64,000 bases of DNA from Podarcis tiliguerta (taxonomy: Eukaryota): the NCBI GenBank assembly GCA_965153285.1, contig OZ229121.1. One strand, given 5' to 3'. The notes beneath the pieces are model-generated. The model was not told the origin of the DNA, ran no database searches, and saw only the letters and a program-made list of their open reading frames with translations. Positions 50,860 through 64,000 of the stretch are shown piece after piece (within the stretch, counting starts at the first letter, position 1; each line of letters begins with the position of its first letter). The position numbers and the translations under genes were made by a program.

Positions 50860-51862
50860 GTGTGTACTTCCATTCAAGGAACGAAGGGTATTTGTTCAAC
50901 CTGGCACATCTCTGCACTAAGACAAAACTGTGGTGGGTCCTTATTCAAGATATGTTGTTTGCAGATGACACAGCCTCGACAGCATCACATAGCAGGACAG
51001 AGTCTTAAACAAAGATGTGCTCTCCCAAGCCCACATTCCCAGCATGTTCGCACTCCTGTGTCAGTGACATCTACACTAGCTTGGTCATGTCCACAGAATA
51101 GAAGATGGCAGGATCCCCAAGCAGAGTTGACTTCAGGTACTAGGCCCATTGACAAACCAACACTGCATTACAGATGTCTGCAAAGGTGACATGAAGGCGG
51201 GCAACATCAACCCTGCCCTGTAGGAATCCCTTGCAGTAGCTGGAGACAGGCAGTCAGGTCATGCATCCATAGCAGTGACCAGAGAAGGAATGAGCGCAGG
51301 GAGGAGTGCAAAGAGAAGAAACATCTGCAGCAACACAACTAGATGTTAGGATATTTCCGTTCCACCTTAAAAGGGAGCAGGATGTTTGTGTCACAGCCTG
51401 CGTATTTCCTGTTCACAGGATGTTTCTGTTGTGTCTTTGCTTTCGTTCTCTCTCTGTGCCTGAGACACCGAAGCAGGCAGTCATGTTTTCTTTGTTCTGA
51501 CCAACGCTGAATAAACTTGTAAATAATGCTCTCCTGCGTGCATCTTTCGCTGTGTGAATTCTGCTGATAGAGCGTGCATCAGCTCTGGAATGTGGCAAGC
51601 TATTTCTGGAGCTCGTGTCGCTAATTGCTGATACTGCATCTACGGGAGATCGATGAATCGCAACGGAGACGACGTGGAGTCATGATGGACTTTGTCTCCC
51701 TGGCAGTATCCCAACACTAGATGCCTTCATCTGCCCCAGCTGCAACAAAACGTGTCTCTCCTGTATCAGTCTCTACAGCCACAGCAGGCACTGTAGCCTT
51801 CCAACAGCTTGACATAACCCCCAAAGGCGCACTCCTCCATTGTCTCCCAAGACAGAAGGGAT
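50860..51862 (+). mobile_element. RTE-1-like LINE 3' fragment, interrupted by a solo LTR
   Basis: LIQDMLFADDTA, LGHVHRIEDGRIP, C-terminal FICPSCNKTCLSCISLYSHSRHC. Confidence 0.75.
51344..51716 (+). mobile_element. Solo LTR (373 bp)
   Basis: TGTTAGGATA...TATCCCAACA inverted termini, perfect 5-bp TSD CTAGA (51339-43 and 51717-21), internal AATAAA. Confidence 0.85.
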
Positions 51863-51869
51863 ATAGCAT

Positions 51870-52790
51870 TTGGAATAGGCATTTTGCTATTGGAAAGGTA
51901 CTCTTTGATCCAACACACAATGCATTTATCAAGGTATTTATCAGACTATGGGAGAAACTTTTGAACGTCAACATAGATCTTCGATTACTTTTATTAATCT
52001 GTGAACTGTATTGTGGTACTGAAACAAGGGTGGGTGTGGGACTAAGGGGGTACTTGTCAGATGTCCTCAAATCATCTAAAGGTGTGAAACAAGGCTACAT
52101 ATTGACCCCTACACTTTTTCATTTTGACATAAATGAAAAATGAAAGGCGCCATATTTAACACAGGTGCACTCCCTTGTCCAAACAATCAGGAACAGACGG
52201 ATAACCTGATGACATGGTGCTGCTATCACTCTCCTGCTTTGGTCTCAATAATCTACTGGCAGCCTTCAGTATGTATTGCTAGCAGGATGTGCTTTCCGTG
52301 AATTACTCCAAGATCAAAATTATGGTTCTTGGAAAGCATAGTCCCAGATTCAAATAGAAAATGGAGCAATAGAATCTAGAGCAAATGCATTCCTTTATAT
52401 ACCTTGAAGTCCTTTTCGCTGAGACACTGTGGTGGAAGGGGCATATCAAGACTGCAAACCTAAGGTGCAGAAAGCTTGTGAGACACTATTGATGTTTTAT
52501 TGCATGGTAGGTGGAAAGCTGTTTGTAACTGCTCTTAATTTTTTTACTAGTAAATTGGTTCCCCAGATGCTTTATGGTACAGAGGTTTTGGCTATCAATA
52601 TGAAAGCCAGTAAAGGACTAGAAATGGTGCAGAATAAATTTGTCAGAGCAGCACTCTCCCTACCTAACGGGACATCAGTGTTAGATGGTTGTATATTTTT
52701 ATTGTATATTTAGCGTCTGTCAATGTTTTGGATGTTGTTATGGTCATTGGCTAGCGAATTAAAAGTTTGATTTGATTATAATACATCAAA
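51870..52790 (+). mobile_element. Older degenerate LINE RT fragment of a similar (RTE-X-like) clade
   Basis: RLWEKLLNVNIDLRLLLLI...KGVKQGYILTPTLFHFDIN; VNYSKIKIMV; QMLYGTEV..VQNKFVRAAL; many stops. Confidence 0.7.
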
Positions 52791-55700
52791 AAGTAAAATA
52801 CTGTTTATATATAATAGAAACCTTAATACTTAAGCTATTTTAGATAACAGTAAGAACTGATTATTGTCTTCTATAATCTTGCTGCTAGTAACTGCTTATA
52901 TTTATTATATATAATGATGATAATTTGTTATTTGTACCCTGCCTTGCCCCAGCCACTCTATAAAGAAAAGTTCTTTCTTATATAAAAGAACAAATATTTA
53001 TTGTTCTTTTATTTCTGTTTATGTAAAAAATTTAAGGGAAAGAAATTCTTAAGGTAAATACTGTATGAGGAATACTGTTAAAAACAGGTTTCTTAAAATT
53101 TGAGGGACTATACTTCAAACTGCTTATTCGAGATTCAGTTTGTTCTTTCTCTGTAACTAACAGCTATTTATACACAGTTGGCAGTTGATAATTATCTCAA
53201 TGTTGTTCCCTATTTGATTCCACAGATTAGATATTATGATCACTTTTCGTTGTTTACTTGTTTACATTAACATTATTTCATATGGCATAAAGTAGATTTT
53301 GGAATGCTGTAAAATGCATAAAGTAAAAACAAAGGAAAGATCTTCCTTCCTTCCTACATGTTGTGAATAGGCAAGCAATGTCTTACACCCTGTGGGGAAT
53401 AAAAGCTCTATACTGAGAGTGTTACTGAGAGTGTTACTTTGTCCCTGTTGCCATGGTGCTTCTGCTCTCTATTAGCTTCAGATAAGCCCCAAGTTTTAAC
53501 TTTGCATCTCACAATGAAGTTTTCTGATTGTCATTATTTGAATCTCTCTCCTTCTGACCCTATTACACATTCAAGTCTCTAGGTAATAAATCATGAAACA
53601 TAATTTTTAAAAAGGTTCTTTTTAAAAAGGTTTGATGCTACCTGCCCAACCTAAGATAGCCACAACATTCAGGTTCACAATGTCTAAGCATCATAAACAA
53701 AAGCTGAGTTATACTTTTCTATCTATTCAGCTTATGAATAAAAATATTTTATGCTAGTGTAATTTAGCTAGGGTTTTCTAATTGGGTACATGGTCTCCAG
53801 GAACATAATACAGTACAATGTTATATGTTTCAAACTATTATGTGCAGTGCTTTTATTTTCTAAAAAAAATGTTTAGGGGTACTCTCATTTTCCCACTCAT
53901 ACTGAAATACTGCCAAAGGATTATTTCATGTTTCAGAGATAAGCTCCTCCTGAACAGCACTTTGCCTCTCCCACACTCAGACCTGAAACAGAAGTATTGT
54001 GCTATAGATATGGAAGCGGAAGTTCACAATTAAAGGTGAACCTATATAATTCACTCTCTCCAAAACAATACAAGAACTGAAACACAACTATACTTTGAAA
54101 TTAACACTCTTCCGAATTCTCCATAAAAATGCATATATTTGTGCAAATAACATAAAAGTGTATTATTTAAGGGGAAATTTGTTTTGGAAAATGAGTATAT
54201 TATGCAAAATTGTATAAAAATGTATACAGTAAGTGATATTCTCACTAAGATGCTGATGGATTTTCATGACGGCCTTTTTTAATAAAAAAATCCAAAATGA
54301 TGTACAAATGCAGAGAACTTTAGGTTAGAAAAATGAGTAACGGAGAGAAATTGAACTTCACAGTCACCTATCCATAGCTATAGGAAGTGTGTGTGCAATG
54401 CCTTTTCCCCCTGATATACCGCTTCCAGCTCCCCCTTCCAGAGAAGCGGGACAGTGATCAGAAAGGAGCATGTGGGTAAATTTTAGGTGGGGAAAAGACG
54501 AAGGTGAAGCAGGAGATGATCAGGAATGGGAAGGAAAGGATCAGTTAAAATTTACAATTTCTTCACATATAATTCAGGTTAAGTTAACTGTGAATAATTA
54601 CTTTATCCTTTCTTCAGCCAAGCATATAATTGAGAGAAAACATGTCAGAAATGCCTTATGTATTTTCAGTCATCACTTGTTTTCTTTGTGTGCTTTAGAA
54701 GGCTTTCCCCTGCCCCCAGTCATATGTGCAATTTGTTTTGATGAAAACCTACCCTCCTCCCACTATAGTGCTAACAATTCCATTTATCATGACAGAAATC
54801 TAACATTTCCTACCTGTATGGCTCCCTCTTCATAGCAAAATGGTCATCTGACTTGTTCACCATGAGGAAAGTGTGCAATTTTCCATGCCACTATTCAGTT
54901 TGCAGAAACATGCTAATTGTAGGTTCTGCTTGTGACAAATGAGTCAGTTTGATAAACTTCAAAGGAGACCTGAGAAGGAAGAACAAGTCATTCAGATTAT
55001 GAGAATACACAGCAGCGCTAACAGGTTTATTTTGCATTTATAAAAGAGCACATCCAAAGCAACAACAAATGCCCCTCTTCCCTTCCTCTTGCTACCAAAC
55101 TAGGCACCACTCAGCTATTATTATAAGCATAAATCCTACCTATTTGCCCGAACTCATTTCCTGTGTGTTGTAACCTGCATCTCTTCCATTCCAATAAAGC
55201 TCATTTAAGCATTATCCTCCTTAGTATTCTCAGGACCACATTATATTATTAGGGAAGGCATTTCAAGTGTACACTTAAACATGTAAAGTATGTTTAGCAA
55301 AGAACCATATGCCCCACGTTCAATCTCTGCTATCTCTGGATAGTGTGCAGAAACACTCGTGTCTGGAAATTTGGAGAGCTGCTTCCAGTCTGGCCAAGCT
55401 AGACAAAGATGCCATTCACACATGAACAGCTTTAAAAAGTAAGTAGTGTGACTGGGATCCTAACTGGGATCCTTGCATGAGTCTGGGGAGCCTTAATCCT
55501 TTGCTTCCTGTTGCAGTTCCAATTCAGTTTGCAAGGCCCACTACCTGAGCTTTGCATTGGGAGAAACATTCAAATGAAAGGTTTCATTTCAGTACAAATA
55601 GCACAAGTGAATGTGTGTGTTAATTATCCATATCAGGACTGGAACATGGGGGAAAGGGTTAAAACACCTCTCACTCCCCTACCAGGGCCCTGATCCAAAC

Positions 55701-56230
55701 TGTGGCCCTCACACTTAAAATTTACTTTTAAGATTGCTTATTGCATACATGGCATGTGGTCTAGTTTTGCCCTCAGGATGGGCAATACTAAAGATAAATG
55801 GAGCAATAGTCTGGCTTATATAAAGCAGCTTCCAGTGTATGAATGAAACAAACCCAAGAGTAGGAATAAATGGTTCCCAATTATTACAAATACCATAACT
55901 ATGCAGTTCTGCCATCTGTCTATCAGAGAGAGATAGTCAAATAAGTAGCCAACTCCACTGGGGTGTGTGGGTGGGTGAGAGAAGACAATCCTCTTTACCC
56001 ATCCCTATCTATTCCTGTATCTGCAAGAATCAGGGTTACCTCTGTCTGCTTGCTGTTCCTTCATGAGGAAGCATTTGGCTTATCGTTACTGCAACTTCCT
56101 CTTAGGCTTATAAACTATTGGGAGGCATGTGGAAACCACTCCAGCAGCCACTTCTCCAGTTGCATTGTTCTTGTACTGCTAGTCAGACTACTCATGAGTA
56201 AGCAACTGGTTTAGCAGCTTCTGAAAGTCT

Positions 56231-56589
56231 AAGGTAAAGGTACCCCTGATCGTTAAGTCCAGTTGCAGACGACTCTGGGGTTGCGCACTCATCTCACTCT
56301 ATAGGCCGAGGGAGCCGGCGTTTGTCCACAGACAGCTTCCGGGTCATGTGGCCAGCATGACTAAGCCGCTTCTGGTGAAGCAGAGCAGCGCACGGAAACA
56401 CCGTTTACCTTCCCGCCAGAGCGGTACCTATTTATCTACTTGCACTTTGATGTGCTTTCAAACTGCTAGGTGGGCAGGAGCTGGGACCGAACAATGGGAG
56501 CTCACTCCGTCATGGGGATTCGAACCGCCAACCTTCTGATCGGCAAACCCTAGGATGTGTGGTTTCGACCACAGCGCCACCCACATCCC
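56231..56589 (-). mobile_element. Sauria SINE, full length
   Basis: reverse complement of the 42434 copy; aaggtaaagg tail. Confidence 0.9.
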
Positions 56590-58057
56590 TTAGTCTAGCT
56601 GCCACCAAAAGAAGTCAATGACTACAGGAGTTTGGGGTTTTTTTGTTTCCCTTTTGAAATAAAGGTAATAAGGCCAGTTTAGGACCACACTGAATGGCTT
56701 TGTCCCATAATCTCACCAACCACCATAAAGATTTCTATCCAAAATCATAATATTTTTCCGCAGTGCCACATGTAAAGAAAGATCCAATCTACTTGCACTC
56801 TTTACAACATTGAGGACTCATTGCACTAAGCATACAGGTAAGAGCTTGCAGGGAAAGTGACTTTTAAAAAGGAATTGGCCCTTAGCTAGTAGCTACTGAA
56901 TGAAAATGTCATTTTCTGCACATAACCTTCCATGCATCAGCACCTATTGGCACATCTATATCCTGCTTTCCATAGCACCTGTCAGCTCTGCCATTAGCTG
57001 TGCCTGAAGAATTCTGGGGAAAACTTAAATAATTTTAATATTGTTTACACTGCCTCTCTCTCCACCAAGCAAAGGCCAGAGACCATGGGTCATTCTCCCT
57101 TTGGAGAATAGAAGACACGGCAGAGACTGCCATGCTTTAAGAAATAGGATTTCCAGTCTGCGTGGAGAGAGTCCAAATCTTACAGCATGGCCCAAAGCAT
57201 TGCAGGCAACCTTCTCTCTTCTCCACAAAGATGGATCTCAGCCTCACTTCCTCCTTCTTCCCAAAAGCCCCTTGCCCGCCCCCCAGCAGTTACACTGGCA
57301 ACCTTCCAAATCTCCAGTCTCTGGTCACACCTGGGATAAGAAGTTACACTGTCTTTTTAACGACCCACAATGGCTCTCTCCAGGCCCCTAGTTTGGCCAG
57401 GCTACCCAGGAATTCCTTTGCAGCTTATATTCTCCCTTCATATCACAGATCTTAGCATTTATTAATTTTAGTGTTTAGGGGACCCCACCCCCCACCCCGT
57501 TCTGTAACAATATGATTAAAATAACTTTAAAAATAGGGTTTGTGTGAAGGTTTGCATGCACAGCTGTATAACTTGCCACTAGAGTTGGTGAAAGAAAAAA
57601 AAACAATAAGGCAAATTTTCAGGTTTTTGTTCAGATAAAAAAGTCCAAGGAATTTCAAAGAAACTAATAAGACTTTCATTAACAGTGGTACATTTTGTCA
57701 GAGGGACTTCATTGTAGCTCTGAAGATTTGTGTCTGTTTAATTAAAAGCTGTGGTTACACTAACAGCAAAGAAACATAATTTTAACTTGCTAACCATATG
57801 ATAGACTGTGAAATCCTTAGACCTCTCCTTGGATATACTTTGAAAAGAGACTAGCTGCATTTTGTTAGATTCTTTGTTTGACTTTGGAGATAAACAGACA
57901 TATGGGTTTGTGAATGACGAGTGATGACAAAATCCATCTTGGTAGAGCTACTTTGCATTCCTCCCTTCTGACTCTTTCCTTATACAGTTACTTCACACAA
58001 CAGTATGTTTAATGCACCAAAAGCCTATTACTGTGAGATTTATTTTTTTAAAAACTA

Positions 58058-58204
58058 CCGTATTTTTCCATGTATAGGACTAGGTTTCCCCCCTAATAAA
58101 TTATGTCAAAAATTAGGGGGCGTCTTATACACACATAGTGCCGAGGCCATTTTCTTAAATCTGAGTTTTATACATGGGGACATCTTATAGACAGAAAAAT
58201 ATGA
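58058..58204. mobile_element. Tc2-like MITE, degenerate
   Basis: ta|ccgtattttt... aaaaatatga|ta. Confidence 0.6.
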
Positions 58205-59192
58205 TACTTGAGCAGACAGTGTGGCCGGATTTCACACCCACTGCTTCTGCATTTAAGCACTTCTATCTCATATGTCAGTGAAAGACTCTCTCTACTTTAT
58301 AGCTGCTGTCACATTCATTCACTAAAAAGCAGGCAAAAACAAATCCACATCCAAAAGCAGCCAACATGTTATGATAAAAATAGCCAACAGTGCCACAATT
58401 TAAATTGCAAAAGGGAAAATACTGCACAAGGGGAATAATAATAAACACAGGGGGAGGGAGATCCTTGTGAACAAATATATTGTTAAAATATACTAAAGGT
58501 TGAGTTATCTGTGCCAATAATTTTAAGAAGACTTTCTAAAGTGCAACAGTAAGTCCAGCCTATAGCATGGTAGAACGTGCACCTTGTATGCAGGACGTGG
58601 TTCAATCTCTTGTTCCACCACATTAAAGGTCCTGGTCTTAGGCCCTGGAAAATTGTAGCCAATTGGGGTAAACAACAAGGTTAGGATGGGGAAGCAGTGG
58701 CCCTCCAGATGCTGTTGGGCTCCTATCAGTCCCAGCTAGCATGGCCAGTGGCTAGAGGTGATGGGAACTATAGTCCAACAACATCTGGAAGGACATCAAA
58801 TATTGTAGTACAGGGATAGATGGACCAAAGGTCTAACTCAGCATATTTCCCTACCATTTGACAATTTATCCTCATCAGTAAATCCTGAACTGCTGCTTTC
58901 CCTGCAAAATAGAAGTGGCAGCAAGATACATGCTTTTAAAGAATTGCACATTATGTTTGGCTTGATTCTCAGCATGCCTGACTCAGGAATTTTAACTGTT
59001 TGCTTGGGCTTTTTCAAGAAAGGTGTTTGCTTATGCTGTAGTATTTCCTAATGCTAATTGCAGCATGCGGGTAGTGCTGGTGTTGGGGGGGGGGTGTAGA
59101 TTTACATCAGGATAGTGGCTGAGAGGGAAGGGTTAAATCTCCCTTTCCCCACATACTGCAGTCCTGGTGAAAATCACCACCTCCCTCCAGTA

Positions 59193-59418
59193 CAGTGGTG
59201 CCTCGGGTTAAGAACTTAATTCGTTCTGGTGCTCTGTTCTTAACCTGAAACTGTTCTTAACCCGAAGCACCACTTTAGCTAATGGGGCCTCCTGCTGCTG
59301 CCGCGCCGCCGGAGCATGATTTCTGTTCTCATCCTGAAGCAAAGTTCTTAACCTGAGGTAATATTTCTGGTTTAGCGGAATCTGTAACCTGAAGCGTATG
59401 TAACCCGAGGTACCACTG
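59193..59418. mobile_element. Tc1/mariner (Tigger-like) MITE, same family
   Basis: same TIR, TA TSD. Confidence 0.9.
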
Positions 59419-60269
59419 TATCTTGCATCTGCTGCTTCCAGAGGTGGTTGCGAGAAGCACCTCTCAGCAAAAGACAACCTCTCACTTCTGTCCCTCTTTG
59501 GGCCAAGGCAGAAAGCAGAAACGAAAGGAAGCGCTCTGCTCACTCACCTTCTCTCTATGGCCAGGATGAAATAGAGAGTTGGCCATCACCTCATATTCTC
59601 GCTTGCTCACATGGCCTCTCCTTCTGCCGGGGGTGGGGGCACAGTGGTGGGGAATAGGCCCAGGAAGACCAAATTCTCTATTGTCCTCCATGCTGCTTAG
59701 TGAAAGAGGGCAAGGAAGGCGCAGCTGCTGTTCTGAAGATTAGCCAGTCTCTTTTGTTGTTCACTCCCACTCGAGATCTGGAAGGCTTTGTTGGGTTTGA
59801 TCCTTCCTGCTGCAACGCCCAGGGTTGCCAACTTGAATAAAATAATTGGGGGGTGGGGAGGTAGGTAAGTCCCACCTGGTATAATTGATCCCATGACACA
59901 GCGCGCTCACAACATTTGAAGGGCAATACCCATCACCTTTGTGGCGCCAGCCCCCTCAAATATTTTAATGGGGGAAGGGAGCAAAGGGACCTCAGCCTCT
60001 AGGAGCTGGTTCCTCTGGGAATGCCCAAAGAGAGTGGGCATATGAGCACATACAGTTTCCCACAGGTGAGATCCAAACCAGTGGCACTTAGTACTTGCAC
60101 CTGAGGGAGGAAAAAAAATGAAAGGCGGAGAGGGTGCTTGTTTGATATATTTTCTTTACCAGCACCAGATGCTGGCTGGCTCCTTGGCTGCCCTTCCTTC
60201 AGCAAAGCGGCAATGTTAAGCACTTTTTCTCTTTTTTTGCTTTGTTTTACGTGCAGCTTGTAACCAGCG

Positions 60270-61500
60270 TGCCTGACTAGCCAATGTTACTCTTCGCTCG
60301 CTTTGGAGTGTGTGCCTTGTGTTTTAAAAAAGAAAAACACTTTGTTCGACGACGGCTTGTCTTGGCCTTCCGAGCAGGAGGATAAAATTCAGGGACCGGC
60401 GACTTTCTTGAGGAGAAACGACGGGGCCGCCACTCGACGACCGCGCGGCGGCCATTCCGCACACAACCTCCCTCAGCTTTTCCCGCGCTTTCCCCACCGC
60501 CCACCTTTCTCAGGGCGGGGGGAAGAACGAGAGGGTGGTCGAGATTTCATCTTCCCTCAGGCGCCTCCTCCTCGTCCCCGTCTCCTCCCCCTTTTGCTCG
60601 GCTGTAGTAGCGGTTGCTGCGCTCTGGGCTCTACGAGGCACCGAGGAGCCGCGCTGTTACTTGAGGGCTGGGCGAGGCGAGCAGCTGCGGCAGGAGCCCA
60701 GAGTCTTTTCGTTTTGTTTCTCACCATCTCCCTCAGTCAAGCAACCGACCTAAGCAAGCAAGCCAGACGGGCGAGCGAGCAGGCGAGCAAGGAAAGGCAC
60801 TTGAACCGTTTCAAAATGGCCCATCCCTGAGGGAGAAGAAGAAGAAGCAAGAGCCATCCTCGTGCACCAACCGCCGCCGATTCAAAAAGAGAGAGAGAGA
60901 GAGAGAGGCGGCGACTACTTGGCGACGGCTTCGCTGAGGCGCTTTGTTGTTGGAAGTGTCGGCGAGTTGTTCCCCCCCATCCACCCTCCCCACCCGCTTT
61001 CTCCAATGGTCCAAAGTGACATGTCCAAATCGCCTCCCACTCCAGCAACGGCGGCGCAGGAGATGCAGATGGAGTTGCTGGACAACCCCCCGGCTCCAGT
61101 CCCGGCTGTGCAGGTACAGAGAGGGAGGGGCTGCTCGCCTAAAAATCAGGGGGCGGCTTTCTTTCCGTGCGGCCCCCGCCCCCTCCCTATGGCCAGGGGA
61201 AACCTTAATGGTGACTCCGCTTCCAGATTGTTGCTCTTGGGAGCCAGAGTTTTCGAGGCTTCACTTGGCAGTAAAATCCCCTGCCGCCGCCCCCCCCCCC
61301 CCCCAAAAAAGAATCCTGCTGGCTTCCATCTTTTTTACTTTACAAGGTAAAGCTGCTATTCGAGGGGAAGAGCGAGAGAAAGGCGAGGAGACTCCTCTAT
61401 TGAGCAATCTCAGATTGGGCACAGGGTGAAATTCTGCCCCCAACGGCGTGTCGACTCGGATTTACTTCCCACCGAGTTCAGTAGGACTTGCTCCGGGGTC
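60270..61500. promoter_or_regulatory. CpG island / CACNB2 promoter and 5' leader
   Basis: abrupt rise in GC and CpG density, GC boxes (gggcggg, ccgccc), surrounds CACNB2 exon 1. Confidence 0.85.
61006..61113 (+). CDS. CACNB2: CACNB2 (voltage-gated Ca channel beta-2) first coding exon, long N-terminal (beta2d-type) isoform
   Basis: MVQSDMSKSPPTPATAAQEMQMELLDNPPAPVPAVQ|gtacag vs human MVQRDMSKSPPTAAAAVAQEIQMELLEN...AQ; in a CpG island; expected synteny. Confidence 0.93.
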
Positions 61501-64000
61501 TGTGAGCACAGAATTGCAAGCTAATGTTCCAGCCCTGTGAGTGAGTGAGTGGGTTTACTCAGAAGTAGGTTTTGTGTGTCCAGTGGGATTTTGTCACATG
61601 CCAATGTATTTAGGGTTTGCAACTCAGAAGTGAGCCCCTCTCTGTTTTTATAAGATTTATGTCCTAGTGTAACTTCAGGATTTCAATCTGGAACAGTTTC
61701 GCTCTTGGTTCTTTATTAGCATGCACCGGTGTGAATGAAAATCTTTACCTATAAGCATGCGCTCAAATGTGGGTGGGATTGCTGGCTATTTGTGCCCTTA
61801 ATTATGACTGCAACAGGGTGCTTTCATCTCCACACGTGAGTGTTCATCACCTGATCACTGTACCATCACAAATAACAGACCCATAATTCGCTTGTCGCCT
61901 GCCCCCATCCCACTCACCACACAGTGTACTTTAGTGGAACCTTCTCATGCTTTACTGCCACTCATCAGTTAGCCTGCAGTGATCAAACGTAGAAAAAGCA
62001 AGTGTTGTGTGAACCAAGCCAGCGGTGGTTATATTTTACCTTAAATGGTCTGTAATAGGTGCCTATAGATCTACCAAAAATCTTGTCTTTGTTCAGAGCC
62101 AGAAGCAAGTTCAGAGTTAGAAGCAAGTATTTGTTGTAGGGAAATCAGAGCAATATGAATGGCTCAACTTTGGAAAGTTGGTGGGAGAGGGCAAACTCTG
62201 GGCAGGAAAATTCATGTATTCCCCTTATGGGCACATGGAGAGATGTGGCCAATGAGGAGTTATTAAGACAGGTTCTTGTTGCATCTGTTTTAATAAAATA
62301 CATAATATGATTTGTTGTATACTCACAATAAAGGTGTTAGAGGACCAGAGTGGAGAGAAAAAATGTGCATGTGTAAGTTTAAGAGGAGGGCAAAAATTCT
62401 AACTCATGTAATGACAGTATAGAACAAGTACTTCTGTATGTTGTTGGGATTTTTGTTTTTTGTTTTTGTTTTTTTAAATACTATGTATCATGGGGTGTGT
62501 TAATGTAAGCAAGCCATGATGTTTAATATACTGTACTTAAAGCCAGACAAATAGTTTTCGTTATCTGAAAAGTACATGTGTAGGACTATATTGCCATGAT
62601 TTCTTTCCTTAGCATATCAGTTGTTTCAGCAACAGTTTTCTACATGTTACTTTTGGTTTTTAAACCGATACTTCTTTCTCTGGTTTTCAATGTTACTGAC
62701 AAGGGAACTATTTTATAGATATATGTGTGAGCATGTATATGAAATGGGTTCCTTACCGTAGTTCACACTTCAATTCCATTTTTGAGTTAGTTAACTGCAT
62801 AAATTGCTGCTGAATGTTTTAAACTCATCAGGGATATGGCAACATCTTATTGTGCATGGTGTTTTTAACCTAATTATTTATTTTAATGTTGGTGAATGAA
62901 CAAAAACAATGATAAATGCATTACTTGCTTGGAATATTCAGCTAAAAAGAAGTATTCTGGAAGGACTCTATTCGTATTGCTAATAAATATTAAAAGATCA
63001 TTGGCGTATCCACCAAGCTTGTCTAACTCCATTCATTACATGGTGATCATAATTACCGGTATGCCCCAAAATGTATCTTTTTCTCAAGATACATTTCCCA
63101 TGCTCTGATTTGTTTGCTGTTCCTCAGGGTTGCAATGACTGGTTCTTTGTAGTGTAAAGTGACCCTGACCTTTTGTCTTAGTATGAAAGATCTGACATCA
63201 AAAACATGGACCACTACAATTGTTTTATTTCATACTGCTGTTATGCTGGTGTCGATGTGATAAATTCTGCATCGTAGACCTTCTTTTGGGGGACATTAAT
63301 GATGAATAAATAAAACATCTACAGTTGAAAAATATATTTCCTTTTCACTGCATTTTCCCTTTTATGGACTTTTTGCAGTCATAACTGTTGACTTTTTACA
63401 TAGAATAGCATTACAGCTTTTAACAATGAAACAGGTGGGTTGGGAATTAACTGATTTTGGTCATATGAAACCATAGTGTTTCTCTGTTTAGACAAAAACA
63501 AATGATCCTAATAACCTTTTTAAATAAGACAAGCCAATGCTGTTTGAATAAACATGCAATTCACTGGCAATTAAAAATTTAATGGCAGGTTTCTTTTTTT
63601 AAAAAACCGCCTTATATATTACTCTGTTAATTAAACTTTTAATTTTAATTGAGTGACAAAGCACTGCCTGTGCCTTTTATTTATTCATTTATCAATTTAT
63701 TTTATTTTTATTTTTGGAAAAACAGCTTTTTGCAATCATACTCAAAGTAGTCTCTAAATAAATCCATATTGAAAATAGTAGAAAAATTAGAAGTGAAGAA
63801 CAAATGAATAAGATGAAAATGCAGTTAGAGTTTATAAACCTCCAGCTGGGAATGCCTGGCCTGCATAACTTTGCACACAAAGATTTTGGCTTGAAGAGTC
63901 ACTTGAACCAGTGGGAATCATGGTGAGATGGGGTCATGTACCTCCAATGTGTTTCCCTGCTGTCTCTAACCATAATAAGCTCATTAGCTGTGAAATAAAG

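Noticed and set aside
61141-61165. KNQG resembling the CACNB2 beta2c alternative first exon (MNQG...)
   Set aside because: No ATG, no further similarity and no donor at the expected position
60277-61443. Long overlapping ORFs (175, 162, 161 aa) in the CpG island
   Set aside because: Stop-poor GC-rich DNA; only 61006-61113 matches CACNB2 and it ends at a splice donor

Overview
Eukaryotic (vertebrate) genomic DNA from a squamate reptile, probably a lacertid lizard (inferred from Sauria SINEs, a BovB/RTE tail and lizard-type MITEs). It covers the conserved MRC1-SLC39A12-CACNB2 neighbourhood. (1) 1.7-23.8 kb, + strand: the last 13 coding exons of an intact macrophage mannose receptor 1-like gene (CTLD5-8, stalk, TM, tail). 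All splice phases are consistent and one intron is GC-AG. (2) 30.6-43.9 kb, + strand: recognisable but disrupted exons of the zinc transporter SLC39A12/ZIP12. Lesions are a lost start codon, frameshifting deletions with stops, a mutated splice acceptor, undetectable metal-site exons and a replaced C-terminus, so this is a candidate unitary pseudogene (gene loss). It is the main finding. (3) 60.3-61.5 kb: CpG island and first coding exon of CACNB2. The remainder is intron or intergenic DNA rich in LINEs, SINEs, hAT and Tc1/mariner MITEs, solo LTRs and microsatellites. Most ORFs in the supplied track are spurious. Homology calls rest on my recall of human protein sequences, not on a database search.
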